A stretch of 64,000 nt of DNA, from positions 40,550,001 to 40,614,000 of the forward strand of contig CM119371.1 in NCBI GenBank assembly GCA_051294905.1. Direction: 5' to 3'. The first letter of the stretch is position 1. Every line of letters begins with the position of its first letter. The position numbers and the translations under genes are program-made. Under the pieces are notes generated by a model. The model was not told the DNA's origin, made no database searches, and was given only the letters and a program-made list of their open reading frames with translations. The DNA comes from Botryllus schlosseri (Eukaryota). Below are positions 37,309-51,728 of the stretch, piece after piece.

Positions 37309-40300
37309 GTTTTTTATGCCTATACAACTAAACGAATATCCATCGGCCTGCTTACTACATTTTAAATATTCTCTCCACTATTGTGTATACAACAATATAC
37401 TTCTCTTAGTAAGCAATTTCTCGTGAATTCCGAAACACATTGACGCGTGTTAACTTCTATATTCGGTGATAGTATCATTTTCATGTCTGATAATGTTACT
37501 TGTCAAGGTGATACAAACGTAAGCTCAAACTACTTTAAAATTTAAAGTCTTACCAAATTTTATCTAACACTGAAACTGTCGAGTACCGATAAAGTACTCT
37601 AAAACCTAGTCACTTTTTACGTGGAAGGAGAACATAGCGAAGTACTTGTACATTTGCAGTACTCAAGTATAGGTTTGGCCTGCTTGCGCTATACTTAATG
37701 AAGTGATTACCTATTTACACTGCATCTACTTCTATTTCAGAGTTTTTCGCTTTTTCGACCAAACTATACCTCAATACTTACTTTTTAACTAACTGGGAAA
37801 TCATTACTTCTTGTACTTTAGTGGGACTTTACTGCTACAATTTACTTTTTTCAGTGGATCACTGGTCTTGGTGAGTGTTGTCAGTTTCATCTATATCCTA
37901 CGAAAAGCAACTTGAGTACTTCACGGGTTCGTATCATCGCAAATAATATATTCTAAACATGTTTAGATAGCGAGGAGTTGTAATTATAGGTGAAAGGGAC
38001 AAATTTTATCTAAAACTGTAACTGTAAAGTACCGATAAAGTAGTCTAGAGTATTTTTTATGTTTCTTCAGCTCAACGAATATCTTCATTTGGCCTGCTTA
38101 CTACATTTTAAAGATTTTCTACGCTAGAAAAATCGCTGTAACATGATAAGTATATTATAATTAATCTTATCAGCGCGGCATAGTACATTCGAGTAAATTC
38201 ATTAAATTAGCTTATGTTTATGAAATTATTTGGTTTCCGAATTCTATCTAAAACTGAAACCGACGAGTATCGGTAAAAGCAGTCTTAAACCGTAGACACT
38301 TATTACGCGGAGGGAGGCGATATCGAAGTACTCGTGCATTTTGTACTACTCAAGTATAGGTTTTATCTGCTTGCACTAAACTTAATCAAGTGATTAACTA
38401 TTTACACTGCATCTACTTCTATTTCAGAGTATTCGGTTTTCAGGTAAACTATACCTGCAATACTTACTTTTTAACTCACTCGGAAATCATCACGTCTTGT
38501 ACTTTACTAGAAATTTACTGCTACTAAATGTTGAAATGTACTGTTTTCAGCGGTCTTGATGAGTTGTGCTAGTTTCATCTATATCCTACGACGCATTTTC
38601 TCGAGTGGGATGTTATAGGAAGCAAGACGAATCATTGTAAAAGTGTTGAAACTTAATTACATATGTAATTCCATCACTAAAGTTGATCACGCATAGGTAC
38701 GTGCTACGCTCCCGCAAACAGATTCACGCGAAGTTGGTATAGAACTGCGTTAGTTTTAAAGGTGTTACATCATGAAATGTCTGACGAAATTTGGTATGGT
38801 GCATTGTTATTATGTCCTACAACCGCGTATCAACGTTCAAGGTGAGAATTTAATGTTTAGCATGCTAATTCTGTTATTAAAATTGACTATGTATGGGTAT
38901 ATGCTATGTTCACGAAAAACAGATATGCGTAAAAGTTGGTATTCGACTGCGATAGTTTCAAAGGTGTTCCATCATTAGATGTGTGATGAAATTTAGCATG
39001 GTGAATTGCCATAATGTCCTATAACTACGTATCAAGTTTCGAGTTGGGATTCAATGTTAAGCATGGTAATTCCGTTATTAAAGTTGGCTATGTATGGGTA
39101 GGCTACGTGCTATACGCTCCCACAAAACAGATGTACGCAAAAAGTCGATGTAGAGCCGCGTTAGTTTTAAAGTTGTTCCATCATGAAATGTGTGATGGGA
39201 TTTGGTATGGTGCATTGTTATAATCTCCTATAACCGCGTACCAACTTTCAAGGTGGGAATTCAATGTTTAACACGGTAATTCTGCTATTAAAATTGACTA
39301 TGTATAGGTATATGCTATGTTCACGCAAAACAGATATGCGTAAAAGTCGGTATTCGACTGCGTTAGTTTTAAAGGTGTTCCATCATTAGATGTGTGATGA
39401 AATTTAGCATGGTGCATTGCCATAATGTTCTACAACTACGTATCAAGTTTCGAGTTGGGATTCAATGTTAAGCATGGTAATTCCGTTGTTAAAGTTAACT
39501 ATGTATAGGTACGTGCTATACGCCCCCACGCAAAACAGATGTACGCAAAAAGTCGATGTAGAACCGCGTTAGTTTTAAAGTTGTTCCATTATTAAATGCG
39601 TGAGGAAATTTGGTATGCTGCATAATCACAATGTCCTACAACTACGTACCAAGTTTCAAGGTGAGGAGTCACATATTAGCATGATAATTCTGTTATTAAA
39701 TCTGACTATGTATATGTACACGCTACCGAAAACAGATTTAGGCAAAAGTTGCTATAGAACTGCGTTAGTTTTAAAGTTGTTCCATCATGAAATGTGTGAT
39801 GAAATTTGGTATGCAGCATAATCACAATGCCCTGGAGCTCATTTAGATACGTTTTTTAATTTAGTTATACATTCTAGTTGTTTTGATGTAAGGAGAAAAT
39901 CATTCGATAACTCGATACAGCTACTTTAACACGCGTTGATGTAACTTTCCTCATTTGTATGCATGCATAGCCTACGCGAAATTGGTTACCGAATTTTTCG
40001 ATTAGTTTATATTCCGTCTTTTATTTAAAACTGAAACTGTTAAGTATTACTTAAAGTGTTATAAAATGTGAAAAAGTGTACAAGTAGAATTATTATTATG
40101 TCATGAACAAGTAGTTTACAAATTCATACGATTTTTCTTGTTGCGTTCCGGGATATAATGTAATTTTTCGCTCTTTTTTATTTTTTATTTTTTCAATAAA
40201 ATTAGTATTCATTTTACAAAAAACGTCGTGTAAAGATAAAGTACTTGCAAAATTTGACATGGTGCAATTGTCATAATGTCTTACAACTGCGTACCGAGTT

Positions 40301-42352
40301 TCAAGGTAGGGAGTCGAATATTAACATGGTAATTCCGTTAATAAAGTTGACTATGTTTAGGTACGTGCTACGCTACGGAAAAACAGATTTAGTTAAAAGT
40401 CTGTATAGAACTGCGTTGGTTTTGAAGGTGTTACATCATGAAATGTCTGACGAAATTTGGTATGGTGCATTGTTATTATGTCCTACAACTGCGTACCAAC
40501 GTTCAAGGTGAGAATTTAATGTTTAGCATGCTAATTCTGTTATTAAAATTGACTATGTATGGGTATATGCTATGTTCACTGAAAAACAGATATGCGTAAA
40601 AGTCGGTATGCGACTGCGATAGTTTCAAAGGTGTTCCATCATTAGATGTGTGATGAAATTTAGCATGGTGCATAGCCATAATGCCCTACAACTACGTATC
40701 AAGTTTAGAGTTGGGATTCAATGCATGGTAATTCCGTTATTAAAGTTGACTATGTATGGGTACGTGCTATACGCTCCCGCAAAACAGATGTACGCAAAAA
40801 GTCGATGTAGAGCCGCGTTAGTTTTAAAGTAGTTCCATCATGAAATGTCTGATGGGATTTGGTATGGTGCATTTTTATAATGTCCTATAAAACCGCGTAC
40901 CAACTTTCAAGGTGGGAATTCAATGTTTAACACGGTAATTCTGCCTATTTCAGAATGACTTAATGGCAATGAAAAAATAGCAAAAAATGCTCTATTATTC
41001 ATTGAGCACGGTTCAAGAACCATGATTTTCCTGTACTTGCACAAGTTACAAACGCGCTATCGTAAATTAGTATATACTACTAAAATGCAAACTCGGACGA
41101 AATCATGAATGCGTAGAACTTACCTCTTAAACATATATTGTGTACAAACAACTTTTTTACAAGAACTATAAAATTCCACTCCAAGCGCTGCGACTTAGCT
41201 CAAGCGAACAAGTATTTCGGACTTTAGGAGTCAAATTGTCTTTTCTTATGGTAAATTAACATAGGGAACGAAATTTTAGTATGGTGCATTTTCATATTAT
41301 CCTACAACTGCGTACCAAGATTCAGGGTGGGAATTTGATTATTAGCATGATAATTCCGTTATGAAAGCTTACTATGTATAGGTACGTGCTACGCTACCGG
41401 AAAAACAGATTTATGCTAAAGTCTGTATCACCTTACACATCAGTTGGTTTCAATGTATGTACCGGGTTTGTGAAAACTGTCGCTGTTTGACTATGTGTCA
41501 CAATCAATACTAAATACGAGAATTCGTTACTCGTCGAAACGGCGCAGTCAGACATCGTTAACAGCAGATTCCGTGTATGGCAATCTTGTGTTTCAGCTTA
41601 AAACTCAACGCATTAGCATGCCTAATTTATAACCACAGCGAGATTCGAGTAATAACCGACCCTAGATTAGTCTACCTTTAACAGAAAAACTTGCATATAC
41701 ATTCGAATTTGTGCGACTTCGGGCTATATTGTCGGTTAACATTATAGCCGTGCACAGAACTCATTATTACGTTATTAGGTATTTAAATGATCGCGATCAT
41801 ATAGGGAAAAATCTCGGTGTAATTCAATCTGTGCCCATTATCCATGTATGCTCCAATGCGTTTTGCGGCTTTAGTATAGGTATTGGATCTAATATATTCT
41901 ATAAAACATCTACGTTGCTATATATTATATATCTTAATCCTAAGTGCATTGCTGCATTGAAAAATTATAGCTATATGCGGTACGCTGTCGATTTTTCAGT
42001 ATACTCAAGAAATGAAATAGCCCACCTTCAGTGTTGCGTAATCTGCCTTGTCACTATATGCTTGTTCGGGCTTGCTTGCGGGTACTTAGTCTTCTTGGCT
42101 GCGCGAAATAGGATGTTTCAGCTTAAAACTCAACGCATTAGCATGCCTAATTTATAACCACAGCGAGATTCGAGTAATAACCGAGCCTAGATAGTCTACC
42201 TTTAACAGAAAACTTGCATATACATTCGAATTTGTGCGACTTCGGCTATATTGTCGAGTTAACATTATAGCCGTGTCACTAGAACTCATTATTACGTTAT
42301 TAGGTATTTAAATGATGCGATATAGGGGAAATCTCGGTGTAATTCAATCTGA

Positions 42353-42452
42353 NNNNNNNNNNNNNNNNNNNNNNNNNNNNNNNNNNNNNNNNNNNNNNNN
42401 NNNNNNNNNNNNNNNNNNNNNNNNNNNNNNNNNNNNNNNNNNNNNNNNNNNN
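42353..42452. other. 100-N scaffold gap joining two overlapping contigs
   Basis: Sequence after the gap restarts at the equivalent of 33503 (offset about 8946-8950). The ~2 kb before the gap accumulates single-base indels relative to the other copies. Confidence 0.9.
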
Positions 42453-45400
42453 GTTTGTAACTTGTGCAAGTACAGGAAAATCATGGTTCTTGAACCGTGC
42501 TCAATGAATAATAGAGCATTTTTTGCTATTTTTCATTGCCATAAGTCATTCTGAAATAGCAGAATTACCGTGTTAAACATTGAATTCCACCTTGAAAGTT
42601 GGTACGCGGTTATAGGACATTATAAAAATGCACCATACCAAATCCCATCAGACATTTCATGATGGAACTACTTTAAAACTAACGCGGCTCTACATCGACT
42701 TTTTGCGTACATCTGTTTGCGGGAGCGTATAGCACGTACCCATACATAGTCAACTTTAATAACGGAATTACCATGCATTGAATCCCAACTCTAAACTTGA
42801 TACGTAGTTGTAGGGCATTATGGCTATGCACCATGCTAAATTTCATCACACATCTAATGATGGAACACCTTTGAAACTATCGCAGTCGCATACCGACTTT
42901 TACGCATATCTGTTTTTCGTGAACATAGCATATACCCATACATAGTCAATTTTAATAACAGAATTAGCATGCTAAACATTAAATTCTCACCTTGAACGTT
43001 GGTACGCAGTTGTAGGACATAATAACAATGCACCATACCAAATTTCGTCAGACATTTCATGATGTAACACCTTCAAAACCAACGCAGTTCTATACAGACT
43101 TTTAACTAAATCTGTTTTTCCGTAGCGTAGCACGTACCTAAACATAGTCAACTTTATTAACGGAATTACCATGTTAATATTCGACTCCCTACCTTGAAAC
43201 TCGGTACGCAGTTGTAAGACATTATGACAATGCACCATGTCAAATTTTGCAAGTACTTTATCTTTACACGACGTTTTTTGTAAAATGAATACTAATTTTA
43301 TTGAAAAAATAAAAAATAAAAAGAGCGAAAAATTACATTATATCCCGGAACGCAACAAGAAAAATCGTATGAATTTGTAAACTACTTGTTCATGACATAA
43401 TAATAATTCTACTTGTACACTTTTTCACATTTTATAACACTTTAAGTAATACTTAACAGTTTCAGTTTAAATAAAAGACGGAATATAAACTAATCGAAAA
43501 ATTCGGTAACCAATTTCGCGTAGGCTATGCATGCATACAAATGAGGAAAGTTACATCAACGCGTGTTAAAGTAGCTGTATCGAGTTATCGAATGATTTTC
43601 TCCTTACATCAAAACAACTAGAATGTATAACTAAATTAAAAAACGTATCTAAATGAGCTCCAGGGCATTGTGATTATGCTGCATACCAAATTTCATCACA
43701 CATTTCATGATGGAACAACTTTAAAACTAACGCAGTTCTATAGCAACTTTTGCCTAAATCTGTTTTCGGTAGCGTGTACATATACATAGTCAGATTTAAT
43801 AACAGAATTATCATGCTAATATGTGACTCCTCACCTTGAAACTTGGTACGTAGTTGTAGGACATTGTGATTATGCAGCATACCAAATTTCCTCACGCATT
43901 TAATAATGGAACAACTTTAAAACTAACGCGGTTCTACATCGACTTTTTGCGTACATCTGTTTTGCGTGGGGGCGTATAGCACGTACCTATACATAGTTAA
44001 CTTTAACAACGGAATTACCATGCTTAACATTGAATCCCAACTCGAAACTTGATACGTAGTTGTAGAACATTATGGCAATGCACCATGCTAAATTTCATCA
44101 CACATCTAATGATGGAACACCTTTAAAACTAACGCAGTCGAATACCGACTTTTACGCATATCTGTTTTGCGTGAACATAGCATATACCTATACATAGTCA
44201 ATTTTAATAGCAGAATTACCGTGTTAAACATTGAATTCCCACCTTGAAAGTTGGTACGCGGTTATAGGAGATTATAACAATGCACCATACCAAATCCCAT
44301 CACACATTTCATGATGGAACAACTTTAAAACTAACGCGGCTCTACATCGACTTTTTGCGTACATCTGTTTTGTGGGAGCGTATAGCACGTAGCCTACCCA
44401 TACATAGCCAACTTTAATAACGGAATTACCATGCTTAACATTGAATCCCAACTCGAAACTTGATACGTAGTTATAGGACATTATGGCAATTCACCATGCT
44501 AAATTTCATCACACATCTAATGATGGAACACCTTTGAAACTATCGCAGTCGAATACCAACTTTTACGCATATCTGTTTTTCGTGAACATAGCATATACCC
44601 ATACATAGTCAATTTTAATAACAGAATTAGCATGCTAAACATTAAATTCTCACCTTGAACGTTGATACGCGGTTGTAGGACATAATAACAATGCACCATA
44701 CCAAATTTCGTCAGACATTTCATGATGTAACACCTTTAAAACTAACGCAGTTCTATACCAACTTCGCGTGAATCTGTTTGCGGGAGCGTAGCACGTACCT
44801 ATGCGTGATCAACTTTAGTGATGGAATTACATATGTAATTAAGTTTCAACACTTTTACAATGATTCGTCTTGCTTCCTATAACATCCCACTCGAGAAAAT
44901 GCGTCGTAGGATATAGATGAAACTAGCACAACTCATCAAGACCGCTGAAAACAGTACATTTCAACATTTAGTAGCAGTAAATTTCTAGTAAAGTACAAGA
45001 CGTGATGATTTCCGAGTGAGTTAAAAAGTAAGTATTGCAGGTATAGTTTACCTGAAAACCGAATACTCTGAAATAGAAGTAGATGCAGTGTAAATAGTTA
45101 ATCACTTGATTAAGTTTAGTGCAAGCAGATAAAACCTATACTTGAGTAGTACAAAATGCACGAGTACTTCGATATCGCCTCCCTCCGCGTAATAAGTGTC
45201 TACGGTTTAAGACTGCTTTTACCGATACTCGTCGGTTTCAGTTTTAGATAGAATTCGGAAACCAAATAATTTCATAAACATAAGCTAATTTAATGAATTT
45301 ACTCGAATGTACTATGCCGCGCTGATAAGATTAATTATAATATACTTATCATGTTACAGCGATTTTTCTAGCGTAGAAAATCTTTAAAATGTAGTAAGCA

Positions 45401-48400
45401 GGCCAAATGAAGATATTCGTTGAGCTGAAGAAACATAAAAAATACTCTAGACTACTTTATCGGTACTTTACAGTTACAGTTTTAGATAAAATTTGTCCCT
45501 TTCACCTATAATTACAACTCCTCGCTATCTAAACATGTTTAGAATATATTATTTGCGATGATACGAACCCGTGAAGTACTCAAGTTGCTTTTCGTAGGAT
45601 ATAGATGAAACTGACAACACTCACCAAGACCAGTGATCCACTGAAAAAAGTAAATTGTAGCAGTAAAGTCCCACTAAAGTACAAGAAGTAATGATTTCCC
45701 AGTTAGTTAAAAAGTAAGTATTGAGGTATAGTTTGGTCGAAAAAGCGAAAAACTCTGAAATAGAAGTAGATGCAGTGTAAATAGGTAATCACTTCATTAA
45801 GTATAGCGCAAGCAGGCCAAACCTATACTTGAGTACTGCAAATGTACAAGTACTTCGCTATGTTCTCCTTCCACGTAAAAAGTGACTAGGTTTTAGAGTA
45901 CTTTATCGGTACTCGACAGTTTCAGTGTTAGATAAAATTTGGTAAGACTTTAAATTTTAAAGTAGTTTGAGCTTACGTTTGTATCACCTTGACAAGTAAC
46001 ATTATCAGACATGAAAATGATACTATCACCGAATATAGAAGTTAACACGCGTCAATGTGTTTCGGAATTCACGAGAAATTGCTTACTAAGAGAAGTATAT
46101 TGTTGTATACACAATAGTGGAGAGAATATTTAAAATGTAGTAAGCAGGCCGATGGATATTCGTTTAGTTGTATAGGCATAAAAAACATTCCCGCGCGCTC
46201 TTAAACAAAACACTTCCTAACCCTACCACCTAATACTAAGACGCGCGCGGGAATGTTTTTTATGCCTATACAACTAAACGAATATCCATCGGCCTGCTTA
46301 CTACATTTTAAATATTCTCTCCACTATTGTGTATACAACAATATACTTCTCTTAGTAAGCAATTTCTCGTGAATTCCGAAACACATTGACGCGTGTTAAC
46401 TTCTATATTCGGTGATAGTATCATTTTCATGTCTGATAATGTTACTTGTCAAGGTGATACAAACGTAAGCTCAAACTACTTTAAAATTTAAAGTCTTACC
46501 AAATTTTATCTAACACTGAAACTGTCGAGTACCGATAAAGTACTCTAAAACCTAGTCACTTTTTACGTGGAAGGAGAACATAGCGAAGTACTTGTACATT
46601 TGCAGTACTCAAGTATAGGTTTGGCCTGCTTGCGCTATACTTAATGAAGTGATTACCTATTTACACTGCATCTACTTCTATTTCAGAGTTTTTCGCTTTT
46701 TCGACCAAACTATACCTCAATACTTACTTTTTAACTAACTGGGAAATCATTACTTCTTGTACTTTAGTGGGACTTTACTGCTACAATTTACTTTTTTCAG
46801 TGGATCACTGGTCTTGGTGAGTGTTGTCAGTTTCATCTATATCCTACGAAAAGCAACTTGAGTACTTCACGGGTTCGTATCATCGCAAATAATATATTCT
46901 AAACATGTTTAGATAGCGAGGAGTTGTAATTATAGGTGAAAGGGACAAATTTTATCTAAAACTGTAACTGTAAAGTACCGATAAAGTAGTCTAGAGTATT
47001 TTTTATGTTTCTTCAGCTCAACGAATATCTTCATTTGGCCTGCTTACTACATTTTAAAGATTTTCTACGCTAGAAAAATCGCTGTAACATGATAAGTATA
47101 TTATAATTAATCTTATCAGCGCGGCATAGTACATTCGAGTAAATTCATTAAATTAGCTTATGTTTATGAAATTATTTGGTTTCCGAATTCTATCTAAAAC
47201 TGAAACCGACGAGTATCGGTAAAAGCAGTCTTAAACCGTAGACACTTATTACGCGGAGGGAGGCGATATCGAAGTACTCGTGCATTTTGTACTACTCAAG
47301 TATAGGTTTTATCTGCTTGCACTAAACTTAATCAAGTGATTAACTATTTACACTGCATCTACTTCTATTTCAGAGTATTCGGTTTTCAGGTAAACTATAC
47401 CTGCAATACTTACTTTTTAACTCACTCGGAAATCATCACGTCTTGTACTTTACTAGAAATTTACTGCTACTAAATGTTGAAATGTACTGTTTTCAGCGGT
47501 CTTGATGAGTTGTGCTAGTTTCATCTATATCCTACGACGCATTTTCTCGAGTGGGATGTTATAGGAAGCAAGACGAATCATTGTAAAAGTGTTGAAACTT
47601 AATTACATATGTAATTCCATCACTAAAGTTGATCACGCATAGGTACGTGCTACGCTCCCGCAAACAGATTCACGCGAAGTTGGTATAGAACTGCGTTAGT
47701 TTTAAAGGTGTTACATCATGAAATGTCTGACGAAATTTGGTATGGTGCATTGTTATTATGTCCTACAACCGCGTATCAACGTTCAAGGTGAGAATTTAAT
47801 GTTTAGCATGCTAATTCTGTTATTAAAATTGACTATGTATGGGTATATGCTATGTTCACGAAAAACAGATATGCGTAAAAGTTGGTATTCGACTGCGATA
47901 GTTTCAAAGGTGTTCCATCATTAGATGTGTGATGAAATTTAGCATGGTGAATTGCCATAATGTCCTATAACTACGTATCAAGTTTCGAGTTGGGATTCAA
48001 TGTTAAGCATGGTAATTCCGTTATTAAAGTTGGCTATGTATGGGTAGGCTACGTGCTATACGCTCCCACAAAACAGATGTACGCAAAAAGTCGATGTAGA
48101 GCCGCGTTAGTTTTAAAGTTGTTCCATCATGAAATGTGTGATGGGATTTGGTATGGTGCATTGTTATAATCTCCTATAACCGCGTACCAACTTTCAAGGT
48201 GGGAATTCAATGTTTAACACGGTAATTCTGCTATTAAAATTGACTATGTATAGGTATATGCTATGTTCACGCAAAACAGATATGCGTAAAAGTCGGTATT
48301 CGACTGCGTTAGTTTTAAAGGTGTTCCATCATTAGATGTGTGATGAAATTTAGCATGGTGCATTGCCATAATGTTCTACAACTACGTATCAAGTTTCGAG

Positions 48401-50516
48401 TTGGGATTCAATGTTAAGCATGGTAATTCCGTTGTTAAAGTTAACTATGTATAGGTACGTGCTATACGCCCCCACGCAAAACAGATGTACGCAAAAAGTC
48501 GATGTAGAACCGCGTTAGTTTTAAAGTTGTTCCATTATTAAATGCGTGAGGAAATTTGGTATGCTGCATAATCACAATGTCCTACAACTACGTACCAAGT
48601 TTCAAGGTGAGGAGTCACATATTAGCATGATAATTCTGTTATTAAATCTGACTATGTATATGTACACGCTACCGAAAACAGATTTAGGCAAAAGTTGCTA
48701 TAGAACTGCGTTAGTTTTAAAGTTGTTCCATCATGAAATGTGTGATGAAATTTGGTATGCAGCATAATCACAATGCCCTGGAGCTCATTTAGATACGTTT
48801 TTTAATTTAGTTATACATTCTAGTTGTTTTGATGTAAGGAGAAAATCATTCGATAACTCGATACAGCTACTTTAACACGCGTTGATGTAACTTTCCTCAT
48901 TTGTATGCATGCATAGCCTACGCGAAATTGGTTACCGAATTTTTCGATTAGTTTATATTCCGTCTTTTATTTAAAACTGAAACTGTTAAGTATTACTTAA
49001 AGTGTTATAAAATGTGAAAAAGTGTACAAGTAGAATTATTATTATGTCATGAACAAGTAGTTTACAAATTCATACGATTTTTCTTGTTGCGTTCCGGGAT
49101 ATAATGTAATTTTTCGCTCTTTTTTATTTTTTATTTTTTCAATAAAATTAGTATTCATTTTACAAAAAACGTCGTGTAAAGATAAAGTACTTGCAAAATT
49201 TGACATGGTGCATTGTCATAATGTCTTACAACTGCGTACCGAGTTTCAAGGTAGGGAGTCGAATATTAACATGGTAATTCCGTTAATAAAGTTGACTATG
49301 TTTAGGTACGTGCTACGCTACGGAAAAACAGATTTAGTTAAAAGTCTGTATAGAACTGCGTTGGTTTTGAAGGTGTTACATCATGAAATGTCTGACGAAA
49401 TTTGGTATGGTGCATTGTTATTATGTCCTACAACTGCGTACCAACGTTCAAGGTGAGAATTTAATGTTTAGCATGCTAATTCTGTTATTAAAATTGACTA
49501 TGTATGGGTATATGCTATGTTCACGAAAAACAGATATGCGTAAAAGTCGGTATGCGACTGCGATAGTTTCAAAGGTGTTCCATCATTAGATGTGTGATGA
49601 AATTTAGCATGGTGCATAGCCATAATGCCCTACAACTACGTATCAAGTTTAGAGTTGGGATTCAATGCATGGTAATTCCGTTATTAAAGTTGACTATGTA
49701 TGGGTACGTGCTATACGCTCCCGCAAAACAGATGTACGCAAAAAGTCGATGTAGAGCCGCGTTAGTTTTAAAGTAGTTCCATCATGAAATGTCTGATGGG
49801 ATTTGGTATGGTGCATTTTTATAATGTCCTATAACCGCGTACCAACTTTCAAGGTGGGAATTCAATGTTTAACACGGTAATTCTGCTATTTCAGAATGAC
49901 TTATGGCAATGAAAAATAGCAAAAAATGCTCTATTATTCATTGAGCACGGTTCAAGAACCATGATTTTCCTGTACTTGCACAAGTTACAAACGCGCTATC
50001 GTAAATTAGTATATACTACTAAAATGCAAACTCGGACGAAATCATGAATGCGTAGAACTTACCTTAAACATATATTGTGTACAAACAACTTTTTACAAGA
50101 ACTATAAAATTCCACTCCAAGCGCTGCGACTTAGCTCAAGCGAACAAGTATTTCGGACTTTAGGAGTCAAATTGTCTTTCTTATGGTAAATTAACATAGG
50201 GAACGAAATTTAGTATGGTGCATTTTCATATTATCCTACAACTGCGTACCAAGATTCAGGGTGGGAATTTGATTATTAGCATGATAATTCCGTTATGAAA
50301 GCTTACTATGTATAGGTACGTGCTACGCTACCGAAAAACAGATTTATGCTAAAGTCTGTATCACCTTACATCAGTTGGTTCAATGTATGTACCGGGTTGT
50401 GAAAACTGTCGCTGTTTGACTATGTGTCACAATCAATACTAAATACGAGAATTCGTTACTCGTCGAAACGGCGCAGTCAGACATCGTTAACAGCGATTCC
50501 GTGTATGGCAATCTTG

Positions 50517-51728
50517 TGTTTCAGCTTAAAACTCAACGCATTAGCATGCCTAATTTATAACCACAGCGAGATTCGAGTAATAACCGACCCTAGATAGTCT
50601 ACCTTTAACAGAAAACTTGCATATACATTCGAATTTGTGCGACTTCGGCTATATTGTCGGTTAACATTATAGCCGTGCACAGAACTCATTATTACGTTAT
50701 TAGGTATTTAAATGATGCGATATAGGGAAAATCTCGGTGTAATTCAATCTGTGCCCATTATCCATGTATGCTCCAATGCGTTTTGCGGCTTTAGTATAGG
50801 TATTGGATCTAATATATTCTATAAAACATCTACGTTGCTATATATTATATATCTTAATCCTAAGTGCATTGCTGCATTGAAAAATTATAGCTATATGCGG
50901 TACGCTGTCGATTTTTCAGTATACTCAAGAAATGAAATAGCCCACCTTCAGTGTTGCGTAATCTGCCTTGTCACTATATGCTTGTTCCGGGCTTGCTTGC
51001 GGTACTAGTCTTCTTGGCTGCGCGAAATAGGATGTTTCAGCTTAAAACTCAACGCATTAGCATGCCTAATTTATAACCACAGCGAGATTCGAGTAATAAC
51101 CGAGCCTAGATAGTCTACCTTTAACAGAAAACTTGCATATACATTCGAATTTGTGCGACTTCGGCTATATTGTCGGTTAACATTATAGCCGTGCACAGAA
51201 CTCATTATTACGTTATTAGGTATTTAAATGATGCGATATAGGGGAAATCTCGGTGTAATTCAATCTGCCCCCATTATCCATGTATGCTCCAATGCGTTTT
51301 GCGGCTTTAGTATAGGTATTGGATCTAATATATTCTATAAAACATGTACGTTGCTATATATTTATCTTAATCCGAAGTGCATTGCTGCATCGAAAAATTA
51401 TAGCTATATGCGGTACGCTGTCGATTTTTCAATATTAGTCAAGAAATGAAATAGCCCACCTTCAGTGTTGCGTAATCTGCCTTGTCACTATATGCTTGTT
51501 CCGGGCTTGCTTGCGGTACTAGTCTTCTTGGCTGCGCGAAATAGGATGTTTCAGCTTAAAACTCAACGCATTAGCATGCCTAATTTATAACCACAGCGAG
51601 ATTCGAGTAATAACCGAGCCTAGATAGTCTACCTTTAACAGAAAACTTGCATATACATTCGAATTTGTGCGACTTCGGCTATATTGTCGGTTAACATTAT
51701 AGCCACGCACAGAACTCATTATTACGTT
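50517..51728. repeat. ~516-bp tandem repeat, about 2.3 copies (right arm of B)
   Basis: The mirror coordinate sum shifts from 83495 to 82977 (518 bp) across the array. Confidence 0.93.

Noticed and set aside
37291..46236. Rolling-hairpin concatemer interpretation of the two axes
   Set aside because: Better explained by overlapping contigs at the 100-N gap; kept only as a testable alternative.
32046..51449. Many recurring 60-150-aa ORFs within element B
   Set aside because: They arise from satellite units and mirror or duplicate copies; their frames are not conserved between monomers.
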